Positions 19,612-29,605 of a stretch of 64,000 bases of DNA are shown one piece after another. A model generated the notes under the pieces. The model ran no database searches and was not told the origin of the DNA. It was given only the letters and a program-made list of their open reading frames with translations. Positions within the stretch are counted from its first letter, which is position 1; the number at the start of each line of letters is the position of its first letter. This stretch comes from an uncultured Alphaproteobacteria bacterium. GTDB taxonomy: Bacteria; Pseudomonadota; Alphaproteobacteria; CAAHEQ01; UBA3637. The stretch spans positions 9,082-73,081 of the forward strand of contig CAKQBW010000002.1 in NCBI GenBank assembly GCA_934216505.1, read 5' to 3'. Position numbers and translations under genes: made by a program.

Positions 19612-22190
19612 TTGACCTCCTTTTTCAACGCATATAAGACTTCCATGGCTTCCCGAGGGGAAAGGGCGTCTATATCTAATTCTTTTATTTTCTTTTCCAA
19701 AACGTTTTCTTTGGGACGAACAGGTTCGTAATGCGCAAACAAGGGTAAATCCTCAAATAAAGGTTTTTGTTTGGCTTTTTTTTCTTCTAATTGCATCAGC
19801 ACTTGCTCGGCCCGATTAAGGACTTCTTCAGGCAAGCCCGCCAAGCGCGCCACATGAATCCCATAGGACCGATCCACCGCCCCTGCCCCGACTTCGTGTA
19901 AAAAAACAATATCACCTTGCCATTCTTTCACCCGCATGGTATGCAACGACACCCGATTTAATTTTTTATCCAAGGCCGTCAATTCGTGGTAATGAGTCGC
20001 AAATAACGCCCGTGATTGATTATGATTATGCAGATATTCCACCGTCGCCCAAGCGATAGACAACCCATCAAAAGTCGCTGTTCCCCGTCCCACTTCGTCC
20101 AAAATAACCAACGATTTTTCTGTGGCACCGTTTAAAATACTGGCAACCTCCACCATTTCCACCATAAAAGTAGAACGTCCTCGGGCTAAATCATCGCTGG
20201 CCCCCACACGGGAAAACAGTTTATCCACTAATCCGATTTTAGCGGATTCAGCGGGCACAAACGACCCCATTTGCGCCAACACCACCATCAACGCATTTTG
20301 CCGCAAAAAAGTACTTTTCCCCGCCATATTGGGTCCCGTCAAAAGCCATAAATTATTTTGGTCATTCAGGTTGCAATCATTGGGGACAAAGGCTTTATTT
20401 TCATGCGAAAGCGCATATTCCACCACAGGGTGTCGCCCTCCTTTTATGTCAAATTCTTTACCTTTGGTTAAAGTGGGACGCGTCCAATTTTGTTCCAAAG
20501 CCAGATTCGCCAACGCACAACTGACATCTATATTCGCCAAGGCTTTGCACGCCCGCAAAATGACATCGCTTTCGGCCAAAATTTGCAAGCGTAAGGCTTC
20601 ATAAATTTCCAATTCAATGGCTAAGGCTTTTTCATCTGCATGCACAATCTTTGTTTCCAAATCGGCCAATTCCCCCGTGGTAAAGCGCACGCAATTCACC
20701 ATCGTTTGACGATGGATAAAGCCCCATTCTTTATTCATCAACAAAGGTTCTGCCAAGCGGGCAGGCACTTCCACAAAATACCCCAGTACATTATTAAAAG
20801 TGACCTTTAAATTATTGATTCCTGTTTGTTGAATGTACTTAGATTGAAAATCCATCAATAATTTTTTGGCATTTTTCTTTACATTCAATAATTCGTCCAA
20901 ATCCGCCGAACACCCCAACCGCACAAAGCCCCCATCTCGGGCCAACAAAGGGACTTCTTCCATCAATGTATTTTTAATTTGTTGAATCAAAGAACTATGT
21001 TCGCCCATCAATTCTTTGTTTTTTTGCAGGACAGGTGGCACAAATTCCGCATTTAATTCTGTACGCAAGGCGGGAATCAAGTGCAACCCATTCATCAAAG
21101 AAAGCATATCTCTGGGTCCTCCCCGATTGACCGACAACCGTGCCAAAGCCCTTTCCATATCCGGCATTTCCTTTAAAATCAATTCCGCCTGTTTCAACAC
21201 CAAAGGATTGTCTTTAAAAAACGCCACTTGATCCAAACGGTCGTTGATTTTTTCTAAATCCATCAAAGGGCCCGCCAACCATGTCGCTAACAACCGTGCC
21301 CCTGCCCCTGTTTGCGTACGGTCCAAAACATTCAATAAACTTTTGGCCCCCTTTTCATCAGACAAAGTAGAAGTCAATTCCAAACTGCGGCGGGTCGCCC
21401 GATCAATTTGCATCAACTGAACTTCACAAATTTGTTTGGGTTCATTTAACACAGGCGCTTTTCCCTTTTGCGTCAATTCAATATAATTTAAAAGGACCCC
21501 TATCGCTAACTGTTCCCCTTTGGAAAATTGAGGATACTTTTCCATCACACCTTGGTGCATTAATGGATTAAAATCACTGGACGGCAACGGCGTTATTTGT
21601 CCAAAACTTTCATTCGTTAAAAAGGGGACTTTATCCAAAAAGTCCTCATTTAAAATCGTTTCCACGCCCTCTAATCGGGCCAACACAGACGGGAGGTTTT
21701 CCAAATGACTTTCTTGAACAAAAAAATCACCCGTTGACATATCCACCCAAGCCACCCCCAAAGAAAGCCCCCCTTCGGCCACAGCCACCAAATAATTATG
21801 CTTACGGGCATTTAAAAGGGCATCATCGGTCAAAGTCCCCGCTGTGACAATCCGAATGACCTCCCGCTTGACCACCGCTTTATAGCCCCGCTTTTTGGCT
21901 TCTTCAGGGTTTTCCATTTGCTCACAAATTGCGACCTTAAAGCCCGCTTTCACCAAACGCACCAAGTAATTTTCATACGCATGGAAAGGCACGCCACACA
22001 TGGGGATTTTTTGCCCCATATAGGTCCCCCGATAGGTCAAAACAATATCCAAGGCCGCTGACGCTTTATAGGCGTCCGAAAAAAACAGTTCGTAAAAATC
22101 GCCCATTCGGTAAAAAAGCAAACAATCCGGATATTGTTCTTTTGTTTTCAGATATTGTTCCATCAAAGGGGTTGTTTTATCGGTGGCCAT
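19608..22190 (-). CDS. mutS: DNA mismatch repair protein MutS
   Basis: 860 aa; Walker A GPNMAGKST; conserved MutS domains I-V. Confidence 0.92.
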   Translation of the reverse strand: MATDKTTPLMEQYLKTKEQYPDCLLFYRMGDFYELFFSDAYKASAALDIVLTYRGTYMGQKIPMCGVPFHAYENYLVRLVKAGFKVAICEQMENPEEAKKRGYKAVVKREVIRIVTAGTLTDDALLNARKHNYLVAVAEGGLSLGVAWVDMSTGDFFVQESHLENLPSVLARLEGVETILNEDFLDKVPFLTNESFGQITPLPSSDFNPLMHQGVMEKYPQFSKGEQLAIGVLLNYIELTQKGKAPVLNEPKQICEVQLMQIDRATRRSLELTSTLSDEKGAKSLLNVLDRTQTGAGARLLATWLAGPLMDLEKINDRLDQVAFFKDNPLVLKQAELILKEMPDMERALARLSVNRGGPRDMLSLMNGLHLIPALRTELNAEFVPPVLQKNKELMGEHSSLIQQIKNTLMEEVPLLARDGGFVRLGCSADLDELLNVKKNAKKLLMDFQSKYIQQTGINNLKVTFNNVLGYFVEVPARLAEPLLMNKEWGFIHRQTMVNCVRFTTGELADLETKIVHADEKALAIELEIYEALRLQILAESDVILRACKALANIDVSCALANLALEQNWTRPTLTKGKEFDIKGGRHPVVEYALSHENKAFVPNDCNLNDQNNLWLLTGPNMAGKSTFLRQNALMVVLAQMGSFVPAESAKIGLVDKLFSRVGASDDLARGRSTFMVEMVEVASILNGATEKSLVILDEVGRGTATFDGLSIAWATVEYLHNHNQSRALFATHYHELTALDKKLNRVSLHTMRVKEWQGDIVFLHEVGAGAVDRSYGIHVARLAGLPEEVLNRAEQVLMQLEEKKAKQKPLFEDLPLFAHYEPVRPKENVLEKKIKELDIDALSPREAMEVLYALKKEVK

Positions 22191-22232
22191 TTTCTTCTTT
22201 CCTTTTTTTTTGTTTTATATTATACTGGATTT

Positions 22233-23567
22233 ATGCAAAAAAAGAAAGAAAAATTCATACATCGCCTAGGAAAATTGTTGGCCCGCACTTGGCTCATCAA
22301 CATTCCCGCTGTCTTTATTTTATTGGTTTTGATGATGATTGGTGAGTTAGATTGGTTGAGTGCTTTTCTCTCCCTTTTATGCTTTTACGGGTTCAGTGCC
22401 TTTATCATCTTTTTCGTTTTTAAGGATCTAGATGACTTTATTTTTTATTTAAACAAAGTGGCCGAAGGGGTGGGGGCCGAATTACCCCGATTTAAAAAGA
22501 GTTTGTTTTCCTCTAAACGTTTGGCAAACGCCTATCAATCTGTGTCTTCCTTATGGCAAAAGCAAGCCCTTTCGGATACGCTTATCCTGAAAAAATTACC
22601 CGACCCGTTGTTGATGACCACCCCCACCTATAAAATCGTTTTTATGAATGAAAGTGCTTTGCACTTATTTGGGGTAAAGGGGATGCATCAAAACATTTTT
22701 TCTTTATTTAAAATGCCTTTATCGCCCACGGCAAAAATCCCCCATTTTTTTCAATGGGAAACCCATAAAAAAAATCATAAACTTTATTATTATGTACGCA
22801 ACGAAACTTTGTCCTACCCCACCCGATTAGGGGCCACCCATACTTTTTTGTTGCACGATATGACTTCCTTTGAAGAATTTCATCGCCGTCAAGCTGATTT
22901 TTTTGCCAATGCCAGTCATGAACTCAAAACCCCTTTGGCAATTCTATCAGGAGCGATTGAAACCTTACAAGGGGCCGCCCAAAACGATCCGAATGCCCAA
23001 CAAAAGTTCCTCACTTTAATGGCCAAACAAACGCACCATATGAACGAATTGATTCAAAGTTTTTTAAATCTAGCTCAATTACAACAAAATCATCAACCTC
23101 ACACTTTTGAAAAAGTTAATCTGAATAATTTTTTGACGGATTTGTGTCAAAATTTTCAATCTAAAGCTCAACAAAAAAAACAACATCTTTCGTTGAATCA
23201 AAGAAGCTCTCCCGTGGAATGGTTGGGCAAGCTATTGGATATGAAATACATCTGTCAAAACCTAGTGGATAATGCGTTGAAATACGCTCCTGAACGGGCT
23301 ACTATTCAACTAAAACTACAGGCCTATAAAAAAAGTTTTTTTATTGAGGTTTATAATTCGGGGTCCTATATCGCTCCTGCCTATCGGCAAGTTATTTTTG
23401 AGAGATTTTACCGCATCAATCAAGGGCTTAAAAACACACCCGAAGGCTCAGGATTAGGATTAAATATCGTCGCCTATTTGGTTCAAAAATATCATGGGAA
23501 AATCACTGTTAAAAGTTCCCCCACAAAAGGGACCACTTTCAAGGTAAATTTTCCTCTTTCGTCATAA
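22233..23567 (+). CDS. Orphan sensor histidine kinase (TM + PAS-like + HisKA + HATPase_c)
   Basis: H-box FFANASHELKTPLA; N-box and G-boxes (LVDNALKYA, GSGLGLNIV); start refined to ATG 22233 (MQKKKEKF); no adjacent response regulator. Confidence 0.8.
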   Translation: MQKKKEKFIHRLGKLLARTWLINIPAVFILLVLMMIGELDWLSAFLSLLCFYGFSAFIIFFVFKDLDDFIFYLNKVAEGVGAELPRFKKSLFSSKRLANAYQSVSSLWQKQALSDTLILKKLPDPLLMTTPTYKIVFMNESALHLFGVKGMHQNIFSLFKMPLSPTAKIPHFFQWETHKKNHKLYYYVRNETLSYPTRLGATHTFLLHDMTSFEEFHRRQADFFANASHELKTPLAILSGAIETLQGAAQNDPNAQQKFLTLMAKQTHHMNELIQSFLNLAQLQQNHQPHTFEKVNLNNFLTDLCQNFQSKAQQKKQHLSLNQRSSPVEWLGKLLDMKYICQNLVDNALKYAPERATIQLKLQAYKKSFFIEVYNSGSYIAPAYRQVIFERFYRINQGLKNTPEGSGLGLNIVAYLVQKYHGKITVKSSPTKGTTFKVNFPLSS

Positions 23568-23862
23568 AAAGTTCTTTTAAAATATGTTGCATTTCCTCTT
23601 TCAAATTCGGGGGAAGAGCCCCTGCCCGCCGTACCAAGGTGGCTTTGGGAATAGTCCGCATTAAATCAAAGGCAATCTGTCCTCTTTGCCCTTTGATTTT
23701 TAACCCAATACGACAGGGAAAATGATGTTCGTTTTTCGTAATCGGGGCCATTAAAACATAGGGCAAAACTTCATTCATTTCATCGGGGGAAACAATCACA
23801 CAAGGTTTTTCCACCCCTCGTATTTCACAAAAATAAACATCGTATTTTTTTACCATTCCCAC
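23539..23862 (-). CDS. mazF: PemK/MazF family toxin (mRNA interferase)
   Basis: 107 aa; PemK-like fold signature (DVYFCEI...GVEKPCVIVSPDEMN...LMAPITK). Confidence 0.7.
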   Translation of the reverse strand: MGMVKKYDVYFCEIRGVEKPCVIVSPDEMNEVLPYVLMAPITKNEHHFPCRIGLKIKGQRGQIAFDLMRTIPKATLVRRAGALPPNLKEEMQHILKELFMTKEENLP

Positions 23863-24068
23863 TCTCCTTCTGATTTAACGGGCTTGAGTTTCACACTTTC
23901 GGCCATCATTTCTTTCCAATTACTTCTTTTTTTCAATACGGGCGACAAAATTAAATTCGGTTTTTTCACCGTCAATTCTAATTCTTTATCAAAATGACAC
24001 TCTTGAATTACCGTCTTTGGCAAACGAATTCCAAATGAATTTCCAATTTTAATCAATTTTAACTTCAT
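23850..24068 (-). CDS. mazE: SpoVT/AbrB-type antitoxin (MazE-like)
   Basis: 72 aa beginning MKLKLIKIGNSFGIRLPK (swapped-hairpin AbrB fold motif); overlaps the mazF start by 13 nt. Confidence 0.65.
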   Translation of the reverse strand: MKLKLIKIGNSFGIRLPKTVIQECHFDKELELTVKKPNLILSPVLKKRSNWKEMMAESVKLKPVKSEGEWEW

Positions 24069-25402
24069 GATTGCCCTCCTTTAATTATTTGTGCCAAGAC
24101 CATATAAAGACGCCCCATATCCGAACCTATTAAAACCTCCAACAAAGGACTTTCAGTGGCATTTTCTGAGGCCTGAAAACTCATTTGTTCAAAAGTCTTC
24201 ATATAATTTTCTACCGTTGTTTGAAAGGAGATATTTTTTTGAAATAACTGGCGCACTTTTTGTACCTGACTTTGTTTTAATTCCCGTTGCAAATGACGCA
24301 TAAACACTGTCCGATCTCCCGCATGATAGGCTTTCCACAATTCTTCTTCATTTTTTGGGGTAAAGAGATGGGCCAAATCCACCGAAAACTTTTGGAGTTC
24401 TTGAGCAATCAAAGACGCTTGCTTTAAAAAATTTTGCTGTTGCGTTCGTTTTAAATCTAAATGCTTTTCCAGAGCCTTGGTGTGTGCCTGTAAGCCTTGA
24501 GCCACCAAAGACATGTCGCCATTTAATTGCCCTAAAATTGTTTTCAAACGGTTTGCTCGTCCCTCTAAATCTTCCCCCGTCAAAGCCATTTGCTTTTGCA
24601 TTTTTTGGGATTCTTTGGCCAATTCTTTCATTTGTTCATAGCCTTCAAAGGTCTTGCCCATACGTAAAGTATTTTCCGTCATCATTTGGGCCATCTTTTC
24701 ACAATAGGCCATTTTATCACCAATTTCCTGACGTGCCACTTCAAAACAAGCCAAGATATTTTTCAAACTTTCCGCTTCTTGGGATAAACTTTGCCGAATG
24801 TCCGTCAATTCTTCTTTGGCCTCGGTCGCCACAGAATGCACGATATCCGCCTGCCCCGCCAAAAGCGTGGTCGTTTCACGGGCCTGCGTATTACTCTGGT
24901 GCGTAATTTCTGCCAACTTTTGAATATGCGTGGCAATTTTTTGAACCGCATTAACCGTCTGACTATCCACCGATTGAACCAACTTATTCAACCCTTCAAT
25001 CCACCGTTGCAAATTGTCCCGCACTTTGTCCGTATGCTGATTCACCCCTGAATACACCGAACGAAATTCAATAATTTGTTCCCGTAAAGCCTGTGTCAAT
25101 TCCTTGGTATAGACAGCTCCTTCTTCCGTGGGATAAATCAATTCATCCAAATAAGAACGCATCTGACGGGCTTGTTTTTCCAAATAATTGTTTCGGTCAA
25201 AATAGGCCGAAATTAAAAACAAGACCACCAAAGGCCACATTAAGCCACCGATGCCTCCCATAAACTCCATCGGTGATAACGTTGCCCGATGCGCCCACCA
25301 GCCTGAATTTTTTAAATAATTAAAACACACAAAACACCAAATAACCCCCAGAAAAATAAAGATTATTTGTCCTTTATGAAAGAATCTTTTTTGTTTTTTC
25401 AT
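24065..25402 (-). CDS. Hypothetical coiled-coil membrane protein, first gene of the operon with mazE-mazF
   Basis: 445 aa; two N-terminal TM helices then ~380 aa of heptad-rich, Gln/Glu/Lys-rich predicted coiled coil; stop overlaps the mazE start (ATGA). Confidence 0.55.
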   Translation of the reverse strand: MKKQKRFFHKGQIIFIFLGVIWCFVCFNYLKNSGWWAHRATLSPMEFMGGIGGLMWPLVVLFLISAYFDRNNYLEKQARQMRSYLDELIYPTEEGAVYTKELTQALREQIIEFRSVYSGVNQHTDKVRDNLQRWIEGLNKLVQSVDSQTVNAVQKIATHIQKLAEITHQSNTQARETTTLLAGQADIVHSVATEAKEELTDIRQSLSQEAESLKNILACFEVARQEIGDKMAYCEKMAQMMTENTLRMGKTFEGYEQMKELAKESQKMQKQMALTGEDLEGRANRLKTILGQLNGDMSLVAQGLQAHTKALEKHLDLKRTQQQNFLKQASLIAQELQKFSVDLAHLFTPKNEEELWKAYHAGDRTVFMRHLQRELKQSQVQKVRQLFQKNISFQTTVENYMKTFEQMSFQASENATESPLLEVLIGSDMGRLYMVLAQIIKGGQS

Positions 25403-25421
25403 TGGCCCTTCTTTCTTACAA

Positions 25422-25481
25422 TGTAATTACATTTACAGGATTTCTTTTACTTTGTCAAGTCATAATTACATCGTAATTACT
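25422..25481. promoter_or_regulatory. Cluster of GTAATTAC-type 8-bp palindromes in the promoter region of the coiled-coil/mazEF operon
   Basis: GTAATTAC at 25423-25430 and 25473-25480 (embedded in a repeated AAAAAGTAATTAC context), ATAATTAC at 25463-25470, and a further GTAATTAC at 25567-25574 just inside the miaA 3' end. Confidence 0.3.
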
Positions 25482-25558
25482 TTTTGGAAATTTTTTTTAG
25501 ACCTTTTAGGAAATATACGAAAAATAACACATTGATTTTTATAAAAAATTTCAAGGAC

Positions 25559-26410
25559 TTACAAAGTAATTACTTTTTCCAATTCAGGTCTATCAAGAAC
25601 AGCCAAAGCAGGAAATTGATGCCGAAACCATGTCCGTTGCCGTTTAGCATAGTGGAGGGTTGCCAATAAAATCAATTCCTTTGCCTGAAGTAAAGAAATT
25701 TCATTTTTCAAATAGCGAGTGAGTTCAGGAACACCGATTGCTTTCAGAACACCCCCAGAAGCCCCTGATTTTAAAAGAGATTCTACTTCTTGAATCGCTC
25801 CTTGCGCCAACATGATTTCTAATCTTTTGGCACAATTTTGATATACTTCTTCCCGAGGGGGCTGTAATAAAATCGTTTTAAAGTCCCCCTGAATCACTTT
25901 TTTGTTGCCCAGTTTTTGGAAGTATTCCATCGTTTTTCCCGTGGTCAAAAGGACTTCTAACACTCTTTTTTGCCGTTGCGGATCCACAGGACACCCCACT
26001 TCTTTCAGGCGCTGCTTTCGTTCTTCATCGGGCATTTGGCGCACAAAAGAACGAATTTCTTCGGGAATTTCTGGAATCTGACTGATCCCCTTGATTAGGG
26101 CGCTCAGGTAAAGCCCCGTCCCCCCCACCACAATCGGGCACGAAAGAGCGGGGATAATTTCTTTGGCCCGCATCAGCCAATCCGCCATATTGACTTGGGT
26201 TTGATTATCCGCATAGCCATACAGGTAATGCGGACATTGCGCCTCTTCTTTTTCATCAGGGCGCGCACTTAAAATACGCAAACCTTGATAAACCTGACTG
26301 GCATCTGCGTTCACAATTTGGCCATTGATTTTTTTCGCTAAAGCCAATGCTAAACTTGATTTGCCCGAAGCTGTTGGCCCCGCTATCACATAAATCGTTT
26401 GTTCTTTCAT
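25559..26410 (-). CDS. miaA: tRNA dimethylallyltransferase
   Basis: 283 aa; P-loop GPTASGKSSLA. Confidence 0.9.
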   Translation of the reverse strand: MKEQTIYVIAGPTASGKSSLALALAKKINGQIVNADASQVYQGLRILSARPDEKEEAQCPHYLYGYADNQTQVNMADWLMRAKEIIPALSCPIVVGGTGLYLSALIKGISQIPEIPEEIRSFVRQMPDEERKQRLKEVGCPVDPQRQKRVLEVLLTTGKTMEYFQKLGNKKVIQGDFKTILLQPPREEVYQNCAKRLEIMLAQGAIQEVESLLKSGASGGVLKAIGVPELTRYLKNEISLLQAKELILLATLHYAKRQRTWFRHQFPALAVLDRPELEKVITL

Positions 26411-26502
26411 GGGGATATTATACCCGAAAAAAGATTTTTTTAAAATCCTTTTTTATTGAGTTTTTTGTCTTTTTCTGATATTCTTATAAAAAAGGAGTTC
26501 AG

Positions 26503-26997
26503 ATGAAAAAAATTGCTTTTCTCTTACTTTTCTTGTCTGGGTGTGGTTTTACCCCCCTTTACAGTCATTCTAGCCCCACCTATCGGGCTTTAGAAAATAC
26601 CAAAATTGACATCAAAAAAATTCCCAATCAGTACGGGGCAAAGATGTATGCACTTTTAAAGGAACAACTCCCCGCTATATCGCAAAATCCCAAAAAAGAA
26701 TATCTTTTAATTGTCCAAGCCCCGCATTTTACAGGCTATGATAAAACAATTACAAATGATGAATTTGCCAGCACGATTCAAGCCACAGGCACAACCGCCT
26801 ATACTTTAAAAGACCTTTTCACCAATAAAATCCTTTTAAACAAAACAACCTCTGCGACCAGTTCTTATATGGTGGAAACAAGCCCTTATGCGACAACGGT
26901 TGCCAAAGAAAAAGTGTATCAAGAACTTTCGGGACAACTGTCCCAGCAAATCGGCCAAGATATTTTGGCTTTTATAACTCAGGATAATCCTTCGTGA
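26503..26997 (+). CDS. lptE: LPS-assembly lipoprotein LptE-like
   Basis: Lipobox LFLSGCGF; 164 aa; conserved position immediately upstream of holA; RBS AAAGGAG. Confidence 0.55.
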   Translation: MKKIAFLLLFLSGCGFTPLYSHSSPTYRALENTKIDIKKIPNQYGAKMYALLKEQLPAISQNPKKEYLLIVQAPHFTGYDKTITNDEFASTIQATGTTAYTLKDLFTNKILLNKTTSATSSYMVETSPYATTVAKEKVYQELSGQLSQQIGQDILAFITQDNPS

Positions 26998-28004
26998 AAG
27001 CAAAACCTTTTCAAATTTCCGCCTTAAAAGACCAAATTTTAAATCAATTTGCGGGTGTTCTTTTGTTTGGCACAGATACAGCCCGTGTGGCCGATTTAGC
27101 TAAAATCATCAAAAAAATGATTCACACAAAAGAAGATCCTTTTTCGCTTTTAAGCCTTTCTTCCCATCAACTTAAATCGGCGCCTTTTCTAATTACAGAC
27201 GAGGCCAACACCCCCAGTTTAAGTGCTTCCCGCCGATTGATTTTGATGAAAGATGGGGGAAATTTAAGTTTAGAGGCTTTTTGTGATTTTATAGACCATC
27301 GGCGGACAGATGCTTTTTTATTGATTACAGCGGACAATTTACCCAAAAATAATGCCCTCAGGTTGGAAGCAGAAAGTCTGCCCAATTTTTTAACCATTGC
27401 CTGTTATCCCCCTGATGAAATAGAATTAAATAAAATTATTTTTGATGAGGCACAAAAACAAGGCTTTACGATTTCTCCGCAAGCCATTGAATATATGATT
27501 CAAAATACAAACGCTAACTTATTGATTTTGAAAAATGAACTAGAAAAACTCGCCTTATACAATTCGGAAAAAAAGCCCGTTTCTTTAGAGATGATTCAAA
27601 ATCTGATGGGCTTAGGTAATGTTTCCATTGATCGTTTTATTCAGGCTGTTTTAAACAAAAAAACAGCACATGCCCTCTTTTATTTCACACTTTTAATCAA
27701 CCAAGGCGAACAATGTGTTTCTTTGTGTCGCCTTTTAAATAGGAGTTTGGACTTGCTTGTGATGGGTAAAAACCTCCTGCAAACGGGGAAAAATCCCATG
27801 CAAGTGGCGGACAGTTTATTAAAAGCCTCTCAATTTCGGCTCAAAAGACCTTTTCAAGAACAGTTAAGACTTTGGTCTGTCCCCCAACTTTTAAAGGCTA
27901 AACGCCTTTTGTTAGAGGGTGAAATCCAAATGAAATTAGGGAATCTTCCCCCTGAATTGATTTTCAAAAAAGTTCTCCTTACTTTGTCAGGCAATCCAAA
28001 ATAA
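26994..28004 (+). CDS. holA: DNA polymerase III delta subunit
   Basis: 336 aa; lptE-holA synteny; delta-subunit-like helical C-terminal region. Confidence 0.65.
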   Translation: MKAKPFQISALKDQILNQFAGVLLFGTDTARVADLAKIIKKMIHTKEDPFSLLSLSSHQLKSAPFLITDEANTPSLSASRRLILMKDGGNLSLEAFCDFIDHRRTDAFLLITADNLPKNNALRLEAESLPNFLTIACYPPDEIELNKIIFDEAQKQGFTISPQAIEYMIQNTNANLLILKNELEKLALYNSEKKPVSLEMIQNLMGLGNVSIDRFIQAVLNKKTAHALFYFTLLINQGEQCVSLCRLLNRSLDLLVMGKNLLQTGKNPMQVADSLLKASQFRLKRPFQEQLRLWSVPQLLKAKRLLLEGEIQMKLGNLPPELIFKKVLLTLSGNPK

Positions 28005-28830
28005 AATGTAATTTACTTAAATCCTTATAAGTAATTGATAAACAACCACTTTTCCCATTCCATTTCAGATGAACTTTTACTCCTAATTTTTGTGAAAGTT
28101 CTTTTTCTAAATCTTTAATATCGGCGTCTTTTTCTTGATAGCGAATCTGCTTTTGTTTGGGATTTTTTTGTTGGTCCGCTAACTTTTCTGTTTCCCGAAC
28201 GGTCATGCCTTTGTTTATAATTTCCAAGGCTAATTCTTCTGCCTTAGGCATCCCTAATAAGGCCCGAGCATGTCCAGGCGTCAGTTGTTTTTTTTCCAAC
28301 ATTTCTTTTACTTTCTCGGGCAATTCCAACAACCGCATCATATTGGCAATATAACTGCGACTTTTTCCCAAAACTTCGGACAATTCTTCTTGCGTATAGC
28401 GAAATTCTTGCAATAATTTCACATAGGCTTGCGCTTCTTCCAACGGATTTAAATTTTCCCGTTGCAGGTTTTCAATCAAAGCTACCTCTAACGTGTCTTT
28501 ATCATTAAATTCTTTAATAATAACAGGGACTTCTGTCAATCCCGCCTTTTGAGACGCCCGAAAACGTCTTTCGCCCGCAATAATTTCATACCCCCCCGCC
28601 GCATCAGAACGCACCAATAATGGCTGTAAAACCCCTTTTTGACGAATGGACGAGACCAGTTCCTCTAAAGCCTCCTCATTAAAAACTTTTCGGGGCTGGA
28701 AACGACAAGGTTTTAAAGACGATAACGGCACAAATTGTATATTTTGAAGGCTTTTTTCCGTTCCGTTTTGCCCCAAAAAATCTTCCCCCATTAAAAAACT
28801 TAACCCTTTTCCAAGTCTTTGATTATCCAT
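27979..28830 (-). CDS. parB: Chromosome partitioning protein ParB
   Basis: ParB box GERRFRAS; HTH; 283 aa. Confidence 0.9.
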   Translation of the reverse strand: MDNQRLGKGLSFLMGEDFLGQNGTEKSLQNIQFVPLSSLKPCRFQPRKVFNEEALEELVSSIRQKGVLQPLLVRSDAAGGYEIIAGERRFRASQKAGLTEVPVIIKEFNDKDTLEVALIENLQRENLNPLEEAQAYVKLLQEFRYTQEELSEVLGKSRSYIANMMRLLELPEKVKEMLEKKQLTPGHARALLGMPKAEELALEIINKGMTVRETEKLADQQKNPKQKQIRYQEKDADIKDLEKELSQKLGVKVHLKWNGKSGCLSITYKDLSKLHFILDCLTK

Positions 28831-29605
28831 TGTTTTCTCCTTTCAAACGTTGCAAAACTTCGGCGGCCAGATGAATATAACTTTGGGCGCCAATACTTTT
28901 AAAATCATACAGCATCACGGGCTTGCCATGGGAAGGTGCCTCAGGAATCCGCACATTACGGGGAATCACTGTCTTAAAAACCAAATTTCCAAAGAAGGAC
29001 CGCACATCGTTTTGAACTGATTTGGCCAAATTAAACCGTGCATCATACATAGTTAAAACAACCCCTAAAATTTTTAGATTAAAATTAAAGTTTTTCTTAA
29101 TCTTTTCAATGGTTTTCATCAAATCTGCTACCCCTTCCAAGGCTAGATATTCACATTGAATGGGGATTAAAATTCGGGTGGCCGCCACTAACGCATTTAA
29201 GGTTAAAAGCCCAACAGCGGGCGGACAATCAATAAAAATATAATCAAAATTCTGTGCCTGTTCTAAGGCTTTTTTTAGGTAAAATTGAGGCATTTGTGTC
29301 CCCGCTAATTCCAAATCAATCCCCAACAGTTCCTGACTGGCTGGAATCACTGATAAATTGGGAATATTCGTCTTTAAAATAGCCGCTGAAATGGGAGTTT
29401 GTCCCGTTAAAACAGAATAAGAACTAGCCCCACCCAAGGCACGTTTCTGCCCAAAACTAACCGTTGCATTGCCTTGCGGATCCAAATCAATCACTAAAAT
29501 CTTTTTGTTTAAACAAGAAAGAGCTGTGGCCAAATTCACCGCTGTGGTTGTTTTTCCCACGCCTCCTTTTTGATTAGAAATTGCAAAAACTTCAGTTGTC
29601 ATCAC
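28823..29605 (-). CDS. parA: Chromosome partitioning ATPase ParA
   Basis: Deviant Walker A NQKGGVGKTTTAVNLA; 260 aa. Confidence 0.9.
   Translation of the reverse strand: MMTTEVFAISNQKGGVGKTTTAVNLATALSCLNKKILVIDLDPQGNATVSFGQKRALGGASSYSVLTGQTPISAAILKTNIPNLSVIPASQELLGIDLELAGTQMPQFYLKKALEQAQNFDYIFIDCPPAVGLLTLNALVAATRILIPIQCEYLALEGVADLMKTIEKIKKNFNFNLKILGVVLTMYDARFNLAKSVQNDVRSFFGNLVFKTVIPRNVRIPEAPSHGKPVMLYDFKSIGAQSYIHLAAEVLQRLKGENNG

Noticed and set aside
22134-22232. Histidine-kinase ORF extended into the mutS start region
   Set aside because: The real start is the ATG at 22233, after a T-rich spacer; the longer frame would overlap divergent mutS.
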